From NCBI GenBank assembly GCA_965219445.1, contig CBDCNQ010000002.1, forward strand, positions 352,001-416,000: a stretch of 64,000 bases of DNA, read 5' to 3'. This DNA is from Longimicrobiales bacterium. Its GTDB lineage: Bacteria > Gemmatimonadota > Gemmatimonadetes > Longimicrobiales > Gaopeijiaceae. Numbering within the stretch: the stretch's first letter is position 1; each line of letters begins with the position of its first letter. The position numbers and the translations under genes are program-made. Shown in pieces: positions 1 to 12,152 of the stretch. Under the pieces are notes generated by a model. The model searched no databases. It was given only the letters and a program-made list of their open reading frames with translations, and was not told where the DNA came from.

Positions 1-774
1 TATCTCTTCGGGACAAGCTGAGCGATCATTACGTCGGCCAATCTCACAGAGGCCGCGCTCACCCGAAACCAGGAGTTCGGCGTGGTCGCCGACGACACAG
101 CCGTCATCGAGGCCTGCCGGGACTACTTCGATGGGCTTTGGCGACGCGGTAGCTCGGACCTGTCCCGCGATATGCTCGATAGCTGGGAAAAAACCGTTAC
201 CGGTCACCGTGCGGCTGGTGGGAGGCCCGATCGCGTGAAGGGGCTCGGCGATTTCGGCGCGGACGCGGGGCTTGCGGCCACACTACCCGTTTCCCTTCCC
301 GTTGTCGTGGCGGATGCAGACCAGGCCTTCATCAAGTTTCTCGGCGAAGGCGATAATCGAGTGCCGGTTGCTTTCGCCACCATCGAGGAGATCGAACTGG
401 CGGGCTGTCATTGGGCCGTCGCCTATCCCGCGACCCGACGCCCCAGAAGCGTCGAAGACGGCGCGATCATGTTCATCGCGCGGCTCACGGACGAGCCCGA
501 CATTCGAATTTTCGGTCGCGCCATCGGCATGAAATATCGTCCGGTCCGGGACGACGCGTCGCCTGAGGACATTGCCCTTCGCCCGTGGAAGGAGAAGTGG
601 CCGAGGTATGTCCGCGTGCATATCGTCAGCAGGCAGCCGTCGAACTTTCTTCGCACGGGATTTCCTGGGTCGGCGAGCGGCTCCAGGCAGCGTTCGACGA
701 ACACGGCAAAGTTCCGCAGGACAAGCTCGACCAACTCGACTGGCCAGGTGATGCTTCCGGCACATCCCCAATGA
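1..774 (+). pseudogene. PLD-like (HKD) nuclease-domain protein; 5'-partial, in-frame TGA at 19-21, probable internal deletion/frame change near 620
   Basis: Frame 1 reads YLFGTS*AIITSANLTEAALTRNQEFG (the SANLT...NxE motif of PLD nucleases). The apparent C-terminus AYRQQAAVEL...LDQLDWP continues in another frame. Confidence 0.55.
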
Positions 775-1128
775 CGAGAGTCGCCACGTTCATATCCCCG
801 ATGCCGATCACACCCGAGCAGCTCAAGGGTAAGTCCACGGTCCAGCACCCAGTTGCCGTCACTTGGGTGCTTTGCTTGAATGCTACAGGCAGCGGCGAGC
901 CACCCAGGCGGTCGGCCCTGATAAAGGCGGCGATGAACGAGGGCGTTACTTACTACACGGCTCAGAAACAGGTTGATGAGTTCCTGGCCTGGCATCGGGC
1001 GGGGCGGGATCGACGACAGCTGCCTCGCAGGGTCGAACTCTCTCCGAGAGGTGCCAGTCTCATCACGTACTGATCGCTCTCTTGCAGTGACCTGCTATGG
1101 CTGAGTTTGCTCCGCCGCTTCACGGCGG

Positions 1129-1390
1129 CCCTCTCTGCCAACTTAGGTGAGACACGGAACGAGTAAAGAATTAGAGTAGGGCGAAGGCAGAGAAACCGAG
1201 GATGCTGAGACACCGAGAGAGAATGGAAGAGAATGGAATCGCCCCACTAACCTGGGAGGGTAAGCGAAGCGTGGCAGCCCCTCCGGACGCGGAGGTGGTA
1301 GATAAGCCGAGCCGCCGCCGGTTCAGTCCGTCGTACAAGCTACGGATCGTCGAAGAAGCGGACCGGTGCACGGAGCCCGGACGAGTGGGC
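1129..1390 (+). mobile_element. IS3-family left end plus truncated orfA (variant of the 1567-bp element)
   Basis: End CCCTCTCTGCCAACTTAGGTGAGACAC; MLRHRERMEENG...RRRFSPSYKLRIVEEAD nearly identical to orfA at 30536-30985. Confidence 0.85.
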
Positions 1391-1399
1391 TGCCTACGT

Positions 1400-2187
1400 C
1401 TAGAGGTCGATATCGACGCCGATCGGGCAGTGGTCGGAGCCCCGTTCGTCAGGCCAGATGAAGGCATCGTGGGTTCGCTTCATCGCGGTCGGTGACACGA
1501 GAACGTAGTCGATCCGCCATCCCACGTTCCGCTCACGGCGCCGCCCCATTGCCGCCACCAGGTGTAATGGCCGGGCTCGTCAGGATGCAGGGCGCGAAAG
1601 GTGTCCACCCAGCCCGCTCCGAGCCAGCGGTCTAGCTCGGCCCGCTCCTCGGGGAGGAACCCGCTGTTCTTGACATTGGATTTCGGGCGAGCGAGGTCGA
1701 TCTCGCGGTGGGCGGTATTGTAATCTCCGATCACGAGCACCGGGTACCGGCACCGTAACTGCTGTACCCGGCCGAATACCGCTCGATAGAAGTCGAGCTT
1801 GTAGCTGACCCGACTGTTGTCCCGGTCCTTTCCGCTTCCCTTGGGGAAATAGCCGTTGACAACTGCGAACCGCCCGCGGCCGGTCCGGAAGTGGGCAGCG
1901 ATGAACCGACCCTCGACGTCGAACCGTGGTTCTCCAAGGGCGGTCTCCACCCGCTCGGGCTCAAGCTTCGAGTAGATGCCGACACCACTGTATCCCCGAC
2001 GCTCGGCTACCGCGAACGTCGCGTGCCAGTTGGGCGGTGTGCGCGCGGCCAGAGGGATCTCCTCGGGCAGTGCGCGGACCTCCTGAATGCCGACGATGTC
2101 GGCTTCGGACCGGTCCAAGAAGTCCACGAATCCGCGCCGCACACAAGCGCGAATCCCGTTTACGTTCCAGCTCACGACCCGTATCAA
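1400..2187 (-). pseudogene. xth: Exodeoxyribonuclease III with a single-base frameshift near 1537
   Basis: SWNVNGIRA, QE, GDYNTAH, YTWW motifs. The C-terminus RERNVGWRIDYV...GSDHCP and stop at 1400 are in a shifted frame. Confidence 0.85.
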
Positions 2188-2459
2188 ATCTCACCTCCGC
2201 CACGGTGGAGGCCAGGGCGCCCTTTCCCGCCTCCGGTGGAAATCCGGTGCTCGACTTCATCGCCTACGACGATCCGACACTCCACGCCGTGATCCGCGTC
2301 TGGTACTACGCGGCGCCCGCCGTCGCGGTGCGCCTCGCCGGCAGCTTGGCCCTCTCGGCCTTGAGAGTCTGACTCCGGCCGCGGGTGTTGCGGGCGCGAC
2401 CGATCTCAGTCTTACCACGCCGTGCGTCCCACAGGCCGGCACGACACCAATCCGCGCCA

Positions 2460-2999
2460 TCATCCCGGCTTGGCCGAACGGCTACGCGAGGTTCCGATCG
2501 TCCCGACAATGGCCCCCGCGATCCTGCCGTATTCCTGCTCTCCCAGCGACACCATTTGCCCCTCGACCGTTACAGCAGTGCGGACCGAGTTGGCGATGAA
2601 GCACTCTTCATGCGCGATCTCGTGGAGCTTCGCGAACGCTTCTGGAGACGGTGCCGGGGAGCCGAGGGAGACCTCGGGGCGGAGCACCACACGAGCGACC
2701 GTCATCTTGCCATCCGCGTTTCTTCCCATGAAGCCTGTGGCCGCATCCCGGTACCGGTCCACGACCAGCCCCTTTCGAACGGCGATCGCCAGGAAGGTGA
2801 GCATGTGGCAGCTCGCGAGAGATGCGACATACGCTTCCTCGGGATCTACGAAATCCGGGTTCCCGAGGTAGCCGGGAGCCGCGGACGCGCTGACTTGAAC
2901 CCCGCCCTCGAACGTCCACGTGTGATCGCAGGGGTAGGACGAGTACCTGAATTCGCCGTGGCCCCTCTCCCATTCGATTGTGGCGCGATGCTCCGACAT
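2460..2999 (-). CDS. OsmC family protein
   Basis: DPEEAYVASLASCHMLTFL and AHEECFIANSV two-Cys motifs. Confidence 0.85.
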   Translation of the reverse strand: MSEHRATIEWERGHGEFRYSSYPCDHTWTFEGGVQVSASAAPGYLGNPDFVDPEEAYVASLASCHMLTFLAIAVRKGLVVDRYRDAATGFMGRNADGKMTVARVVLRPEVSLGSPAPSPEAFAKLHEIAHEECFIANSVRTAVTVEGQMVSLGEQEYGRIAGAIVGTIGTSRSRSAKPG

Positions 3000-3499
3000 G
3001 TCTCGACCCCCCCTTGCCGGTCTCCCCGGCGTTCTTGGCCGGCCTCCGATCCGACGGTTATGTCGCTGTACAGCAGGTCTTTAGCGGCACGGAACGCCGC
3101 GGACAACCCGCGTAAGTTCGGTTCTTGGCATCAATAAGGCCCCAAACGCGAATCGCGGGGCGCCGTCGTGGTCTCATGGTCTGGATCGACGTAGACAAAG
3201 ACGGCGCGGCCGGTGTCCACAGCGACTGGCAACTTAGGTAGGAAGCCGCGCCGGGTGTTCCCGCGGCTCTGCGGTAGAGCCGTGAGGGCAGGAGCCCGCG
3301 CTCGATGCCGAGTTCTTCAAGAGCGACGTGGGGCTTCACATTATGGATTCCGCATCTCAATTCCCAAAGGGTGATCAATAAGGTGATCTTAGCATCGGAT
3401 ACGCACGATAACTATGAGTGCACACATGACTTAGGTCAGATACGATAGCGGACTGGACCTCCGCCCGCGCGTAGTCCAGCACCGTCCGACGTGGGGTGC

Positions 3500-4334
3500 C
3501 AAGCACGCTGGCCAGTGGGAGGCGACGCTGCGGACGTATGCGTATCCGAAGATCGGGGAGAAGCGGGTGGACTGGATCACCACGGCCGATATCATGGGAG
3601 TGCTGCTTCCGATCTGGAACGGGAAGTACCACACGGCCAAGCGGCTGCGGCAGCGGATCGCGACGGTGATGAAGTGGGCGATTGCGCAGGGCTACCGGCT
3701 GGACAACCCGGCGGGCGAGGCAATCGGGGCCGCGTTGCCCAAGCCCTCCCGCATCCAGAAGCACTACACGGCGCTGCCCTATGGGGAGGTGGCCGGGGCA
3801 ATCGACGCGGTGCGGCGATCCGAGGCGACGGTTTCGGTGAAGCTGGGCCTTGAGTTGATGATACTGACGGCCTGCCGGTCCGGGGAGGTGCGAGGGGCTC
3901 GGTGGGAGGAGATCGACCTGGAGGGCGGGGAGTGGACGATTCCGCCGGAGCGGATGAAGAACCGGAGGGAGCACCGGGTGCCGTTGTCGGCGCGGGCGCG
4001 GGAGGTTCTGGCCGAGGCCCGGGAGCACGCGCCCCGTTCGGAGTGGGTGTTCCCGTCTCCGAGGGGGCTACAGCTGAAGGACTTCGATTTCAGCGGTCTG
4101 TTCAAGGCGCTGGGGATCGCGGCCGTGCCGCACGGCTTCCGTTCGAGCTTCCGGGACTGGGCGGCCGAGCGCACGGACGCGCCGCATGCCGTCATGGAGG
4201 CGGCGCTGGCGTACGTGGTCTGCAACAAGGTGAAGGCGGCCTACGCCCGCTCGGACCTGTTCGAGCGCCGACGCGTCCTGATGGACGATTGGGCGGAGTA
4301 TCTGGCGGGGCGGAGAGCAAGCACCGAGGCCTAA
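3500..4334 (+). pseudogene. P4-like tyrosine integrase, N-terminally truncated
   Basis: LTACRSGEVRGARW, MKNRREHRVPLS, HGFRSSFRDW, AYARSDL. The conserved LAH is LAY and the arm-binding domain is missing. Confidence 0.8.
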
Positions 4335-5454
4335 CCTAATCCTCGTTGTGCCGCCGCTTCCGCGACGGGCTCAGAGGCCGTTTCCGGGCGTTCCACGGGC
4401 ATTTCGGGAAAGCTACGGGCCGTCGGATCGCCGCTGACGCGCGATCGCGGGTCGCCGAGGGGTACGGGTAGGGCGGAATGCGGCCACGGCAGAGAGCACC
4501 GCCGTCACCAAGGAGCGCCTGGTCACCCGTCGCCCTCGTCCTCCGTGACGCTGGTGAACAGTAGGCCGAGGAGCTTGTCCGCGACGGACCGGGGGCTGGT
4601 GAGCGGCAGCCGGATGTCGTACGCGGCCTCCAGGGCCTCCCGGAGATCCTGCACGCGCCAGAAGACCGGGGTGGGCTCCCCGCCGACCATCGTAATCGTC
4701 ACCCTCATCGTCACCGCCCTCACCCTCTGTCCTCAGAGCCGCCGGCTGATGAACGACGGGACGGCCGACTTGGCCGGTGAGCGTTGCGCCCGGACCCCGG
4801 TCCCAGCCGCTAATTGCGAGCCGTCGAGGCCCGATCCGATGGGCGGGCCAAGAGGGACTCCGCCCCTTCGATCCCCTAGGGAGGCCCGCGCTCCGCTGCG
4901 GCGTGCGTGTTCGCCCAGCGGCGGTCTGGTTCCGATCGTTGCCGATCGCGCGCGGCTTGGCGGCTCCGCTCGCGCCCAATGCCCGTGCCGGACGCGGTCC
5001 ACGTTCGCGTCCGCGCCACCGACTGCCACCGCAACCTCGTAGGCGGCGTGCTCCGCCGGGCGTTGACACGGGCGGTGAACATGACGGTGCGGCGGTCCGC
5101 GGGGGGCGCACCGGCGACGGGTTCGGGGGACGCCCCGCCCGCCCGCTGCGTCGGCAGCCGCGCGCAACGCTGGGGGTTCGAAGGGGGGCGCAGCATCTCC
5201 TTGCCAGACCGCAATGTTCAACATTGCGTGGGCTGGCTCATGGCCCTTAGTCTCCGCCCAAGGTGCCGTGACGGCGACCGGAAACCCTCTGAGCTGCCGG
5301 TGATTGAGTAGCGCTTCGGCGGATGCGAACTACTTCACTGGGCGTATCAACGTGGAGAAGACAGGCGCATCGGCGGTGGCCAGCAGATTTCACGTCCACG
5401 ATGACGTCATGCCTATAGGGGAACTATGGGGGCAGATGGAGAGGCCTGTGAAAA

Positions 5455-6678
5455 TCAACCCGTCCCAGCGCCGGTGAAGGCTCCAGCGAGGGCATCTGCA
5501 ATTTCGTCAAATTCCTTGTCCATAAAGCTTTGAAACTCGCTTTCAACCCTGCTCTCGATATCTTCTATCGGTTGCCTTTCCAGTGTATGCCGATCGACCA
5601 TGTTTCTAGAATAGATCTGCGTGAACTTGCTAGTGAGCTTATCGCTGCCGCCCTGAAACAATCTTCGGTTCTTGCGGCTGAAGTCCAGAATGTCACGCCG
5701 TGGGCTATCTTCCTCGGTCGGTCCGATGACGATCGTCATCCTGATGAAGGTGGTCGTGTTCTTGATCTCGAAGAGGAGACTGTGTCCGGTCTGCGTCCAC
5801 TCATTTTCGGGAGTCGCGTTGAACGCCGGGATGCCTTCCCAAGCCTTGGGAAAGAACCTGATGTAGGATTTCGTCGGATGCACGACTTTGATCCGGCTGT
5901 CGTCCGAAGCGAGCTTCGCAGCCAACTCGCTGATCTCAAGCAGACGGTCAGGTCTATGTTCGAATATGAAATCGAGAGCAGCTCTGTGTTTTCGGTATAC
6001 AGCCCTCGCAATATTCGCGAGATCATTGTCGGTCACGATGTTTCTCCGCAGCATGCGAGCATAGTGATCCAAGGACATGGAGACGGCGTCGCTGAGGCGC
6101 TCTCTGTGCTTTCTGGTGAGGATCTCGACAACTGAGAGAACGTCGCTGTAGCCAACCGGTGTCCAGTTTTCGTCGGACGCCTCGTCTTTCTCGGGAGTCA
6201 GGTAGGCGAGGACGCGGTGGAATTCCCGATACTGCTCCTCCAGAAATGAGCGATATCGTTTCAGCTGGTCCGAATGTTCCTTGGACCCGACCTTATTCTC
6301 GACTGCTAACAGGAATCGGTGTGCCTCATCGATGCAAAGCACGTCGATCCGGTGGTACTCTCGTAGCACCAGGCAGCCCTCGAAGTCCACGAGGGTGATC
6401 TCACTGAGGGATAGCGGTCGAGATTCGGGCCGCATCGACTTAACAATCTCGACGACGAATCGGGTGAGGAATTCCGTGCCGAGACCATGCGTTTCATTCG
6501 GATCGAGAAGAAAGGCGAGAAAATGGGAATGCCGCTCTTCAGAGCGCGTGTGCCCTATCGCTTCGAAGATATTAAAGCCGCCCAGGTGCACCGCGATTTT
6601 GTCGATCCCGCCATCATCGAGCAGCAGTGCTTCGATCGCCGAAGCGATATTCTGCTGTCGAATATCCACCATAGTCAA
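5455..6678 (-). CDS. PD-(D/E)XK nuclease family protein (PDDEXK_4-like)
   Basis: FNIFEAIG..EERHSHFLAFLLDP..HGLG, RIDVL, VENKV..EH..QLKRY. Confidence 0.8.
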   Translation of the reverse strand: MTMVDIRQQNIASAIEALLLDDGGIDKIAVHLGGFNIFEAIGHTRSEERHSHFLAFLLDPNETHGLGTEFLTRFVVEIVKSMRPESRPLSLSEITLVDFEGCLVLREYHRIDVLCIDEAHRFLLAVENKVGSKEHSDQLKRYRSFLEEQYREFHRVLAYLTPEKDEASDENWTPVGYSDVLSVVEILTRKHRERLSDAVSMSLDHYARMLRRNIVTDNDLANIARAVYRKHRAALDFIFEHRPDRLLEISELAAKLASDDSRIKVVHPTKSYIRFFPKAWEGIPAFNATPENEWTQTGHSLLFEIKNTTTFIRMTIVIGPTEEDSPRRDILDFSRKNRRLFQGGSDKLTSKFTQIYSRNMVDRHTLERQPIEDIESRVESEFQSFMDKEFDEIADALAGAFTGAGTG

Positions 6679-7355
6679 CCAAGTCCACTTGCTGGCATTT
6701 GCGGATGAGAGATCACCCGAGTAGGACTACGAGTACGGCAACAGCTGAAGGATCGTACCTGTGTTCATCGCCAGTTCTCACAAGATCGCTGAAGGTGCTG
6801 GACCTAGACAAGAGGCGATTGCTCTTTGCGAGTCGCTGGCGGGCAGACCTAGAGAGATCTCCTCTCGTTCACCCGCGGGGTGAGCCTCGATCCGGGTGTT
6901 CTCGTGGCTGGCTTGATCGTCGGGGCTGGACAGGCCTGTCCTAAACCCAGCGGGTAACACGATTTACGATCTTCGCACACACCCAGTGATACACGTCTCC
7001 CGCAAGGTACTGCCAAGTCGTTGTCCCATAGGAACTTGCGAAGAGTGATCCCTGCTTCTACAACGAAGCACGCCCGCACTCGTCGCTGGGCGGACGGACG
7101 CCGGGCGAGGCCTATCGCGAAGGCGCGGAGGTGTGGTGAGGACGATCCGGCGCGACGCCACCCAACCGGCGCAACGACGCCTGCGATCGTCACGGGATCT
7201 ACGCGCGGCCCTTCCCTCCGTCTTCCCATCGGGAACCAGTCCCGACGGGAAGGCGGAGGTTATATTCAAACCGGGCTCGAAGGAGAACACCCAGCCTCAA
7301 GCGGGACCCCGAGGGCTTTGGAGACCATCGGAATCCACCTTAAGATCGCCCTCGG

Positions 7356-7382
7356 ACTGTCCAACGAAGTAGGACCACCTCA
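7356..7382 (+). mobile_element. Probable isolated IS3-type terminal inverted repeat
   Basis: CTGTCCAACGAAGTAGGACCACCTCA ends in CA and directly abuts a 5'-truncated histidine kinase. Confidence 0.35.
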
Positions 7383-7384
7383 GG

Positions 7385-7852
7385 GTGAGAGAGATCGTCG
7401 ACGATTTGCGCGTGCTGGTCCCGGATCGCGACGTGAGGTTCGATGTGGAGCCCGGAATCAAGGCTCATGGGGACGCGACGCTTGTGAAGATTCTCTTGAC
7501 CAACCTGCTCCAGAATGCATGGAAGTACACCGGGCCTTGCGATGACGCTTGGATCGAGCTTGGCGTCGTGGAGGACGAGGATGACGGCCCGATCTATCAC
7601 GTCCGTGATAATGGGATCGGCTTCGACAACTCCGACAGCGAGATCATTTTTCAACCCTTCGAGCGGCTGCATACCCGGACGGAGTTTGCGGGGAGCGGAC
7701 TCGGGCTGGCCACCGTCGAGCGAATCGTACGTCGCCACCGTGGAGAAGTGTGGGGAGACGGCGTATTGGGAGAGGGGGCGGTCTTCCGATTCACCCTCGG
7801 ATCTCCATCGACCGAGCCTCACGGGGGTGAAGGACGGCGCCTGGAGAGGTAG
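7385..7852 (+). pseudogene. Histidine kinase HATPase C-terminal fragment
   Basis: NLLQNAWKY, VRDNGIGF, FQPFERLH, GSGLGLA boxes; no H-box or sensor domain. Confidence 0.75.
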
Positions 7853-7866
7853 GCGGCCACCCAGTC

Positions 7867-8907
7867 GTGGCGAGTCCCGAGGCCTTCACGGTGTACACGC
7901 AGAACGTGTACCTCGGGGGCGACACGGGACCGATCTTCACGATCGACTTCAGCGATATCCCCGCCCTGAGCGCGGCGACGAGCCTGTTCTGGGCAGAGGT
8001 CCAGGTCAGCGACGTGCCCGAACGTGTGACCGCCATCGTCGACGAGCTCGACACGCGGCGACCGCATCTGGTCGGTCTCCAGGAGGTGTTCCGGTTCGTG
8101 GAGGTCGAGCTCACCACCGGGACCCCGACCGTCGTCACGGTCATCGACCTCCTCGCCTCGATCGAGGCCGAGATCGCTGCGCGAGCACTCCCGTACGAGG
8201 TCATCGCCGTGCAGGCGAACACGTCGACCGGCACGACACTGGGGTTGCCACTCTCGGCCACGCGGATCCTGCAGTTCACCGACCGCGTGGTGGCGCTCCG
8301 TCGAACCGATGTTGCCGTATCGGGGAACGATCACGGCACCTACACGGAGACGTTCCCGCTCGGGCCATTGACGCTCGAGCGAGGTTGGATCCGGCTCAGC
8401 ACTGAGAGGGACGGCGTCCCGTATCACTTCGTGACCACGCACCTCGAGATCCAGGCCCTCGCGTCCGTACAGGCTGCGCAGGCCGCCGAGCTGATGAACG
8501 TGGTCCTGGGGGGCTTGGAAGGCGTCACGATCGTGGCGGGTGACCTGAACTCGGATCCCGAGAACCCGGGTGCGCCGTCCTGGACGCCGACATACGACGA
8601 CATGATCGCGGCCGGGTTCACGGACGCTTGGGAACGGACCAGGCGCTCGCCCAGAGATTCGGGATTCACGTGCTGCCAGGATCCCAACCTCCGCAATGGT
8701 CCCTCGCTCCTCGATCAACGGATCGACTTCGTCCTCGTGAGGTGGCCGGACAATGCGTTGAAGAGCCGGAAGATCCGCGGCGGCGTGGAAGTCGAGATCG
8801 TCGGTGGGGAGCAGGAAAACCGCACCCCGACGAACGGTCTGTGGCGGGCGAATCACGCCGGACTCGTCGCGGTACTCGAGCTCGCTGAGACGAAGTCGGG
8901 TACCTAA
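7867..8907 (+). CDS. Endonuclease/exonuclease/phosphatase family protein
   Basis: TQNVYLG, LVGLQE, THLE, AGDLNS, RIDFVL motifs. Confidence 0.75.
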   Translation: MASPEAFTVYTQNVYLGGDTGPIFTIDFSDIPALSAATSLFWAEVQVSDVPERVTAIVDELDTRRPHLVGLQEVFRFVEVELTTGTPTVVTVIDLLASIEAEIAARALPYEVIAVQANTSTGTTLGLPLSATRILQFTDRVVALRRTDVAVSGNDHGTYTETFPLGPLTLERGWIRLSTERDGVPYHFVTTHLEIQALASVQAAQAAELMNVVLGGLEGVTIVAGDLNSDPENPGAPSWTPTYDDMIAAGFTDAWERTRRSPRDSGFTCCQDPNLRNGPSLLDQRIDFVLVRWPDNALKSRKIRGGVEVEIVGGEQENRTPTNGLWRANHAGLVAVLELAETKSGT

Positions 8908-9050
8908 CCATGGTCACTCAATAGCGATCTGAGGGTTCCTGATTCAGAGCAAATTGGCATCACCGCTCCCGAGAAGGGAGCTGTTTGACTTCTTCTCTGT
9001 CCACCTTTCAGTATCGGGGTTAGGTCACTAACGGACTGATTGGCGTACAC

Positions 9051-9245
9051 ACCGCGTCCTCAAAGTCCGTCCAGTTCAGCCCCAGGGCATGCCGCAAACG
9101 ATCCTCGTCCACCTCCACGACTTGCAGCAACTGAAGCAGGTCCAAACCTCGATGCCAACTCCGAGACCGTGGTGTCGTTCCTCCGCGAAAACTGCTTAGC
9201 CCGCACAATCAGGGTCTTGTCGACTGATAACGTGAGTTTGGTCTT
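9051..9245 (-). pseudogene. Internally deleted relic of the antitoxin/PIN pair at 35837-36480
   Basis: KTKLTLSVDK..IVRAK.FSRRNDTTVSEL joined directly to DLLQLLQVVEVDEDRLRHALGLNWTDFEDAV. Confidence 0.8.
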
Positions 9246-9314
9246 CGGATCGAACTGGCGCTGCTCGTCTGAGACGCTTGCCGCCCAACACGCCTTAGAC
9301 GCATATTGTCCGCC

Positions 9315-12018
9315 ATGTCCGATGCCGTCGCCCGTCTCAACCAGGCTCTAGAGGGCCGCTACGCCATCGAGCGTGAGCTCGGCGAGGGGCGGCATGGCCA
9401 CGGTCTACCTCGCCGATGACCTCAAACATGAACGCAAGGTCGCGCTGAAGGTCCTCAAGCCCGAGTTAGCCGCCGTCGTCGGAGCCGAGCGTTTTCTAGC
9501 CGAGATCAAGACGACGGCGAACCTCCAGCACCCCCACATCCTGCCGCTCTTCGACTCCGGGGAGGCGGACGGGGTCGTGTTCTATGTGATGCCCTATGTT
9601 GAAGGAGAATCGCTCAGGGATCGCCTGGACCGTGAAAAGCAAATGGGTGTGAAGGACTCGGTCGCTATCACGCAGAAGGTCGCGGTCGCGCTCGACTACG
9701 CGCACGGGAACGGCGTCGTCCACCGCGACATCAAGCCGGGCAACATCCTCCTGAGTGAGCAGGGCGAGCCACTCGTCGCTGACTTCGGTATCGCGCTGGC
9801 CGTCGCTCAGGCCGGTGCCGGACGCATCACGGAGACCGGACTCAGCTTGGGCACGCCGCACTACATGAGCCCGGAACAGGCCACTGGCGACCGGGACGTG
9901 GACCCGAAGTCGGATGTCTTCGCGCTGGGGTGTGTGCTCTACGAGATGCTCGCCGGGCAGCCTCCGTTCGCTGCGCCTACTGCCCAAGCGGTCTTGGTCC
10001 AGATCCTCACGACAGACGCTCCGTCGATCACGAGTGCGCGAAGAACTGTGGCTCCGAATGTGGCTGCGGCACTGGCTCAGGCTCTGGAGAAGCTGCCCGC
10101 CGACCGCTTCACGAACGCGGCGGAGTTTGCAGCGGCGCTCGGGGACGAGAGTTTCACGTATGAGGCGCGGGCTCGGACAGCCGTAACAGCCTCGACCCCG
10201 CAGCCGGTAGCAATTCAAGCGCCCGCCACGACGCCTGGCCCATGGAAGCGGCTGACGATGGCGTTCGCAGCCCTCTCTGCCGTGACCACGCTGATCGCCG
10301 CTTGGGGCTGGTTATCTCGACCTCCAATCCCTGAGCCTGGCGTCCCCACAAGGTCGACAGTGACCGGCTTCGACGAAATAACCGGGGGTGGCGGATGGAG
10401 GCTCGCGATCTCGCCAGACGGCCGCACGATTCTGAGTGTGGCGGAGGGCGGTGGCGCCATCCGTATGCGTACTGCGAGCGACCCGGAGTGGAGGCAGCTT
10501 CCTAATACGGAGGGGGTTTTCAACCCGACCTTTTCGCCGGACGGGCAATCGGTGGCCTTCAACTTCGGGGGCGGAGGCGGGATCTCGAAAGTCTCGATAA
10601 TTGGCGGACCAGCCCTTCCGGTCACGACTTCCGGCGGTGACCCACACTGGGGCCTCGACGAGACCATCCTCTACGGAGACGGGGGTCGGCTCTTCCGCGT
10701 CGGGTCGTCGGGAGGCGAGCCCGAGCTATTGCTGGAGTCCGATTCGGTGGCCGTAAACCGACCGCATCTCCTGCCCAACGGAAGGGCGGTCGTGTTCGGC
10801 ACTGGTGGCGGCGCGCAGCTATCGCGCATCTTGATCTTCGAGATCGAGACGGGTGAGGTGCGCGAGCTTGTTCCCGCCGGTAACCAGCCACGGTACGTCT
10901 CCACGGGTCACCTGATCTACGGACACGGCGACGGGGCACTCATGGCTGTTCCCTTCGATGTCGAGACGCTCCAGGTGACGGGCGCGCCGGTGACATTGCT
11001 CCCCTCGCTGGCCGTCTTCGGCGGAGGTTCCTCGCAGTTCGCCGTATCGCAGACGGGCACGCTCGTGTACCGCACAGGTGGCGGTGCCGCAGGCGAATCG
11101 GTTACACCCGTATGGGTGGAAAGAGACGGCACCGCCCGCGAGATTGACCCCGCATGGAGGACCCAGGGAACCCCGAACTTTTCCAGCCTCGTTCTCTCCC
11201 CGAATGAGGATCGACTTGCGATCTCGTTGCCGGGCTCCGCCACAACGTATGACCTGTGGGTGAAACAGTTGCCCACGGGGCCGCTGTCACGGCTCACGTT
11301 CGAGGGAACGGTAAACCACAGAGCGACTTGGTCGCCGAACGGTGAGTCGCTGAGATTCCTATCGAATCGTGCAGGGAATTACGACATCTGGACCAAGCGT
11401 GCGGACGGGAGCGGCACGGCTGAACTGGTGCTGGATACGGACGGCCCAATTTGGGAGGCGCGTTACTCCTCGGATGGTACATGGTTGGTCCTTCGTGAAG
11501 GAGCCTTTCAATCTGGCGACATCTCCGCCATCCGACCCGGGGTAGACAGCGTGGCGGTGCCACTGGAGGTGACGGAGTTCCAAGAGGTGTCGATCTCTCT
11601 CTCACCCAACGATCGTTGGCTGGCCTACGTGTCGAACAATACGGGCCGAGATGAGGTCTACGTGCGTCCCTTCCCCCCCGATGCTGGGTCGGGCCTGGTG
11701 CAGGTCTCCACGGATGGGGGGACTGGGCCGGTGTTCGCACACAGCGGACGGGAACTGTTCTACCGGAACGGAGCCAACGAACTGGTGGCGGTCCAGTTCA
11801 CTGAAAATCCGACGTTCGTGGCGGGCCAGCAAGAGGTGCTGTTCCCGATGGATGGTTACCTAATCGCCAGCGCTCACGCGATGTACGACGTGAGTCCCGA
11901 CGATCGACGATTCGTGATGCTGCGGATGGGTGATGAGGGTAATGAGGGTGCGGCGAGCTCCGAAGCCTACCTGGTCACAAACTGGTTCGAGGAGCTTCGC
12001 CAGCGGATGGGCAATTGA
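9315..12018 (+). CDS. Ser/Thr protein kinase with TM helix and TolB/PD40 beta-propeller; extra G near 9386 (frameshift or read error)
   Basis: GGMATVY, VALK, HRDIKPGN, DFG, GTPHYMSPE; repeated SPDG blades. True start MSDAVARLN at 9315 is in another frame. Confidence 0.85.
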
Positions 12019-12152
12019 AGGCTCAGATCCCCTGGCTTCGCGTCTTCGTGGAAGGCGCGGTGATCGTCGGCTCTATCCTGCTGGTGTTCGGGATTTCAGG
12101 TGGGGTGGGATGGGGTGCAGGGGTTGGAGCTACTCAACCCAGGTGATCACAG

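Noticed and set aside
19..21. In-frame TGA (and TAG in GYD near 53761) as Sec/Pyl recoding
   Set aside because: The positions are not obvious catalytic Cys/Lys equivalents and no recoding machinery is seen. Point mutation or read error is simpler.
2195..2372. Possible coupling-protein (VirD4-like) N-terminal fragment
   Set aside because: Too short, no ATPase motifs; the resemblance cannot be supported without a search.
4350..5330. GC-rich hairpin region as oriT or replication origin
   Set aside because: Suggestive only; no relaxase or rep gene and no recognisable nick motif.
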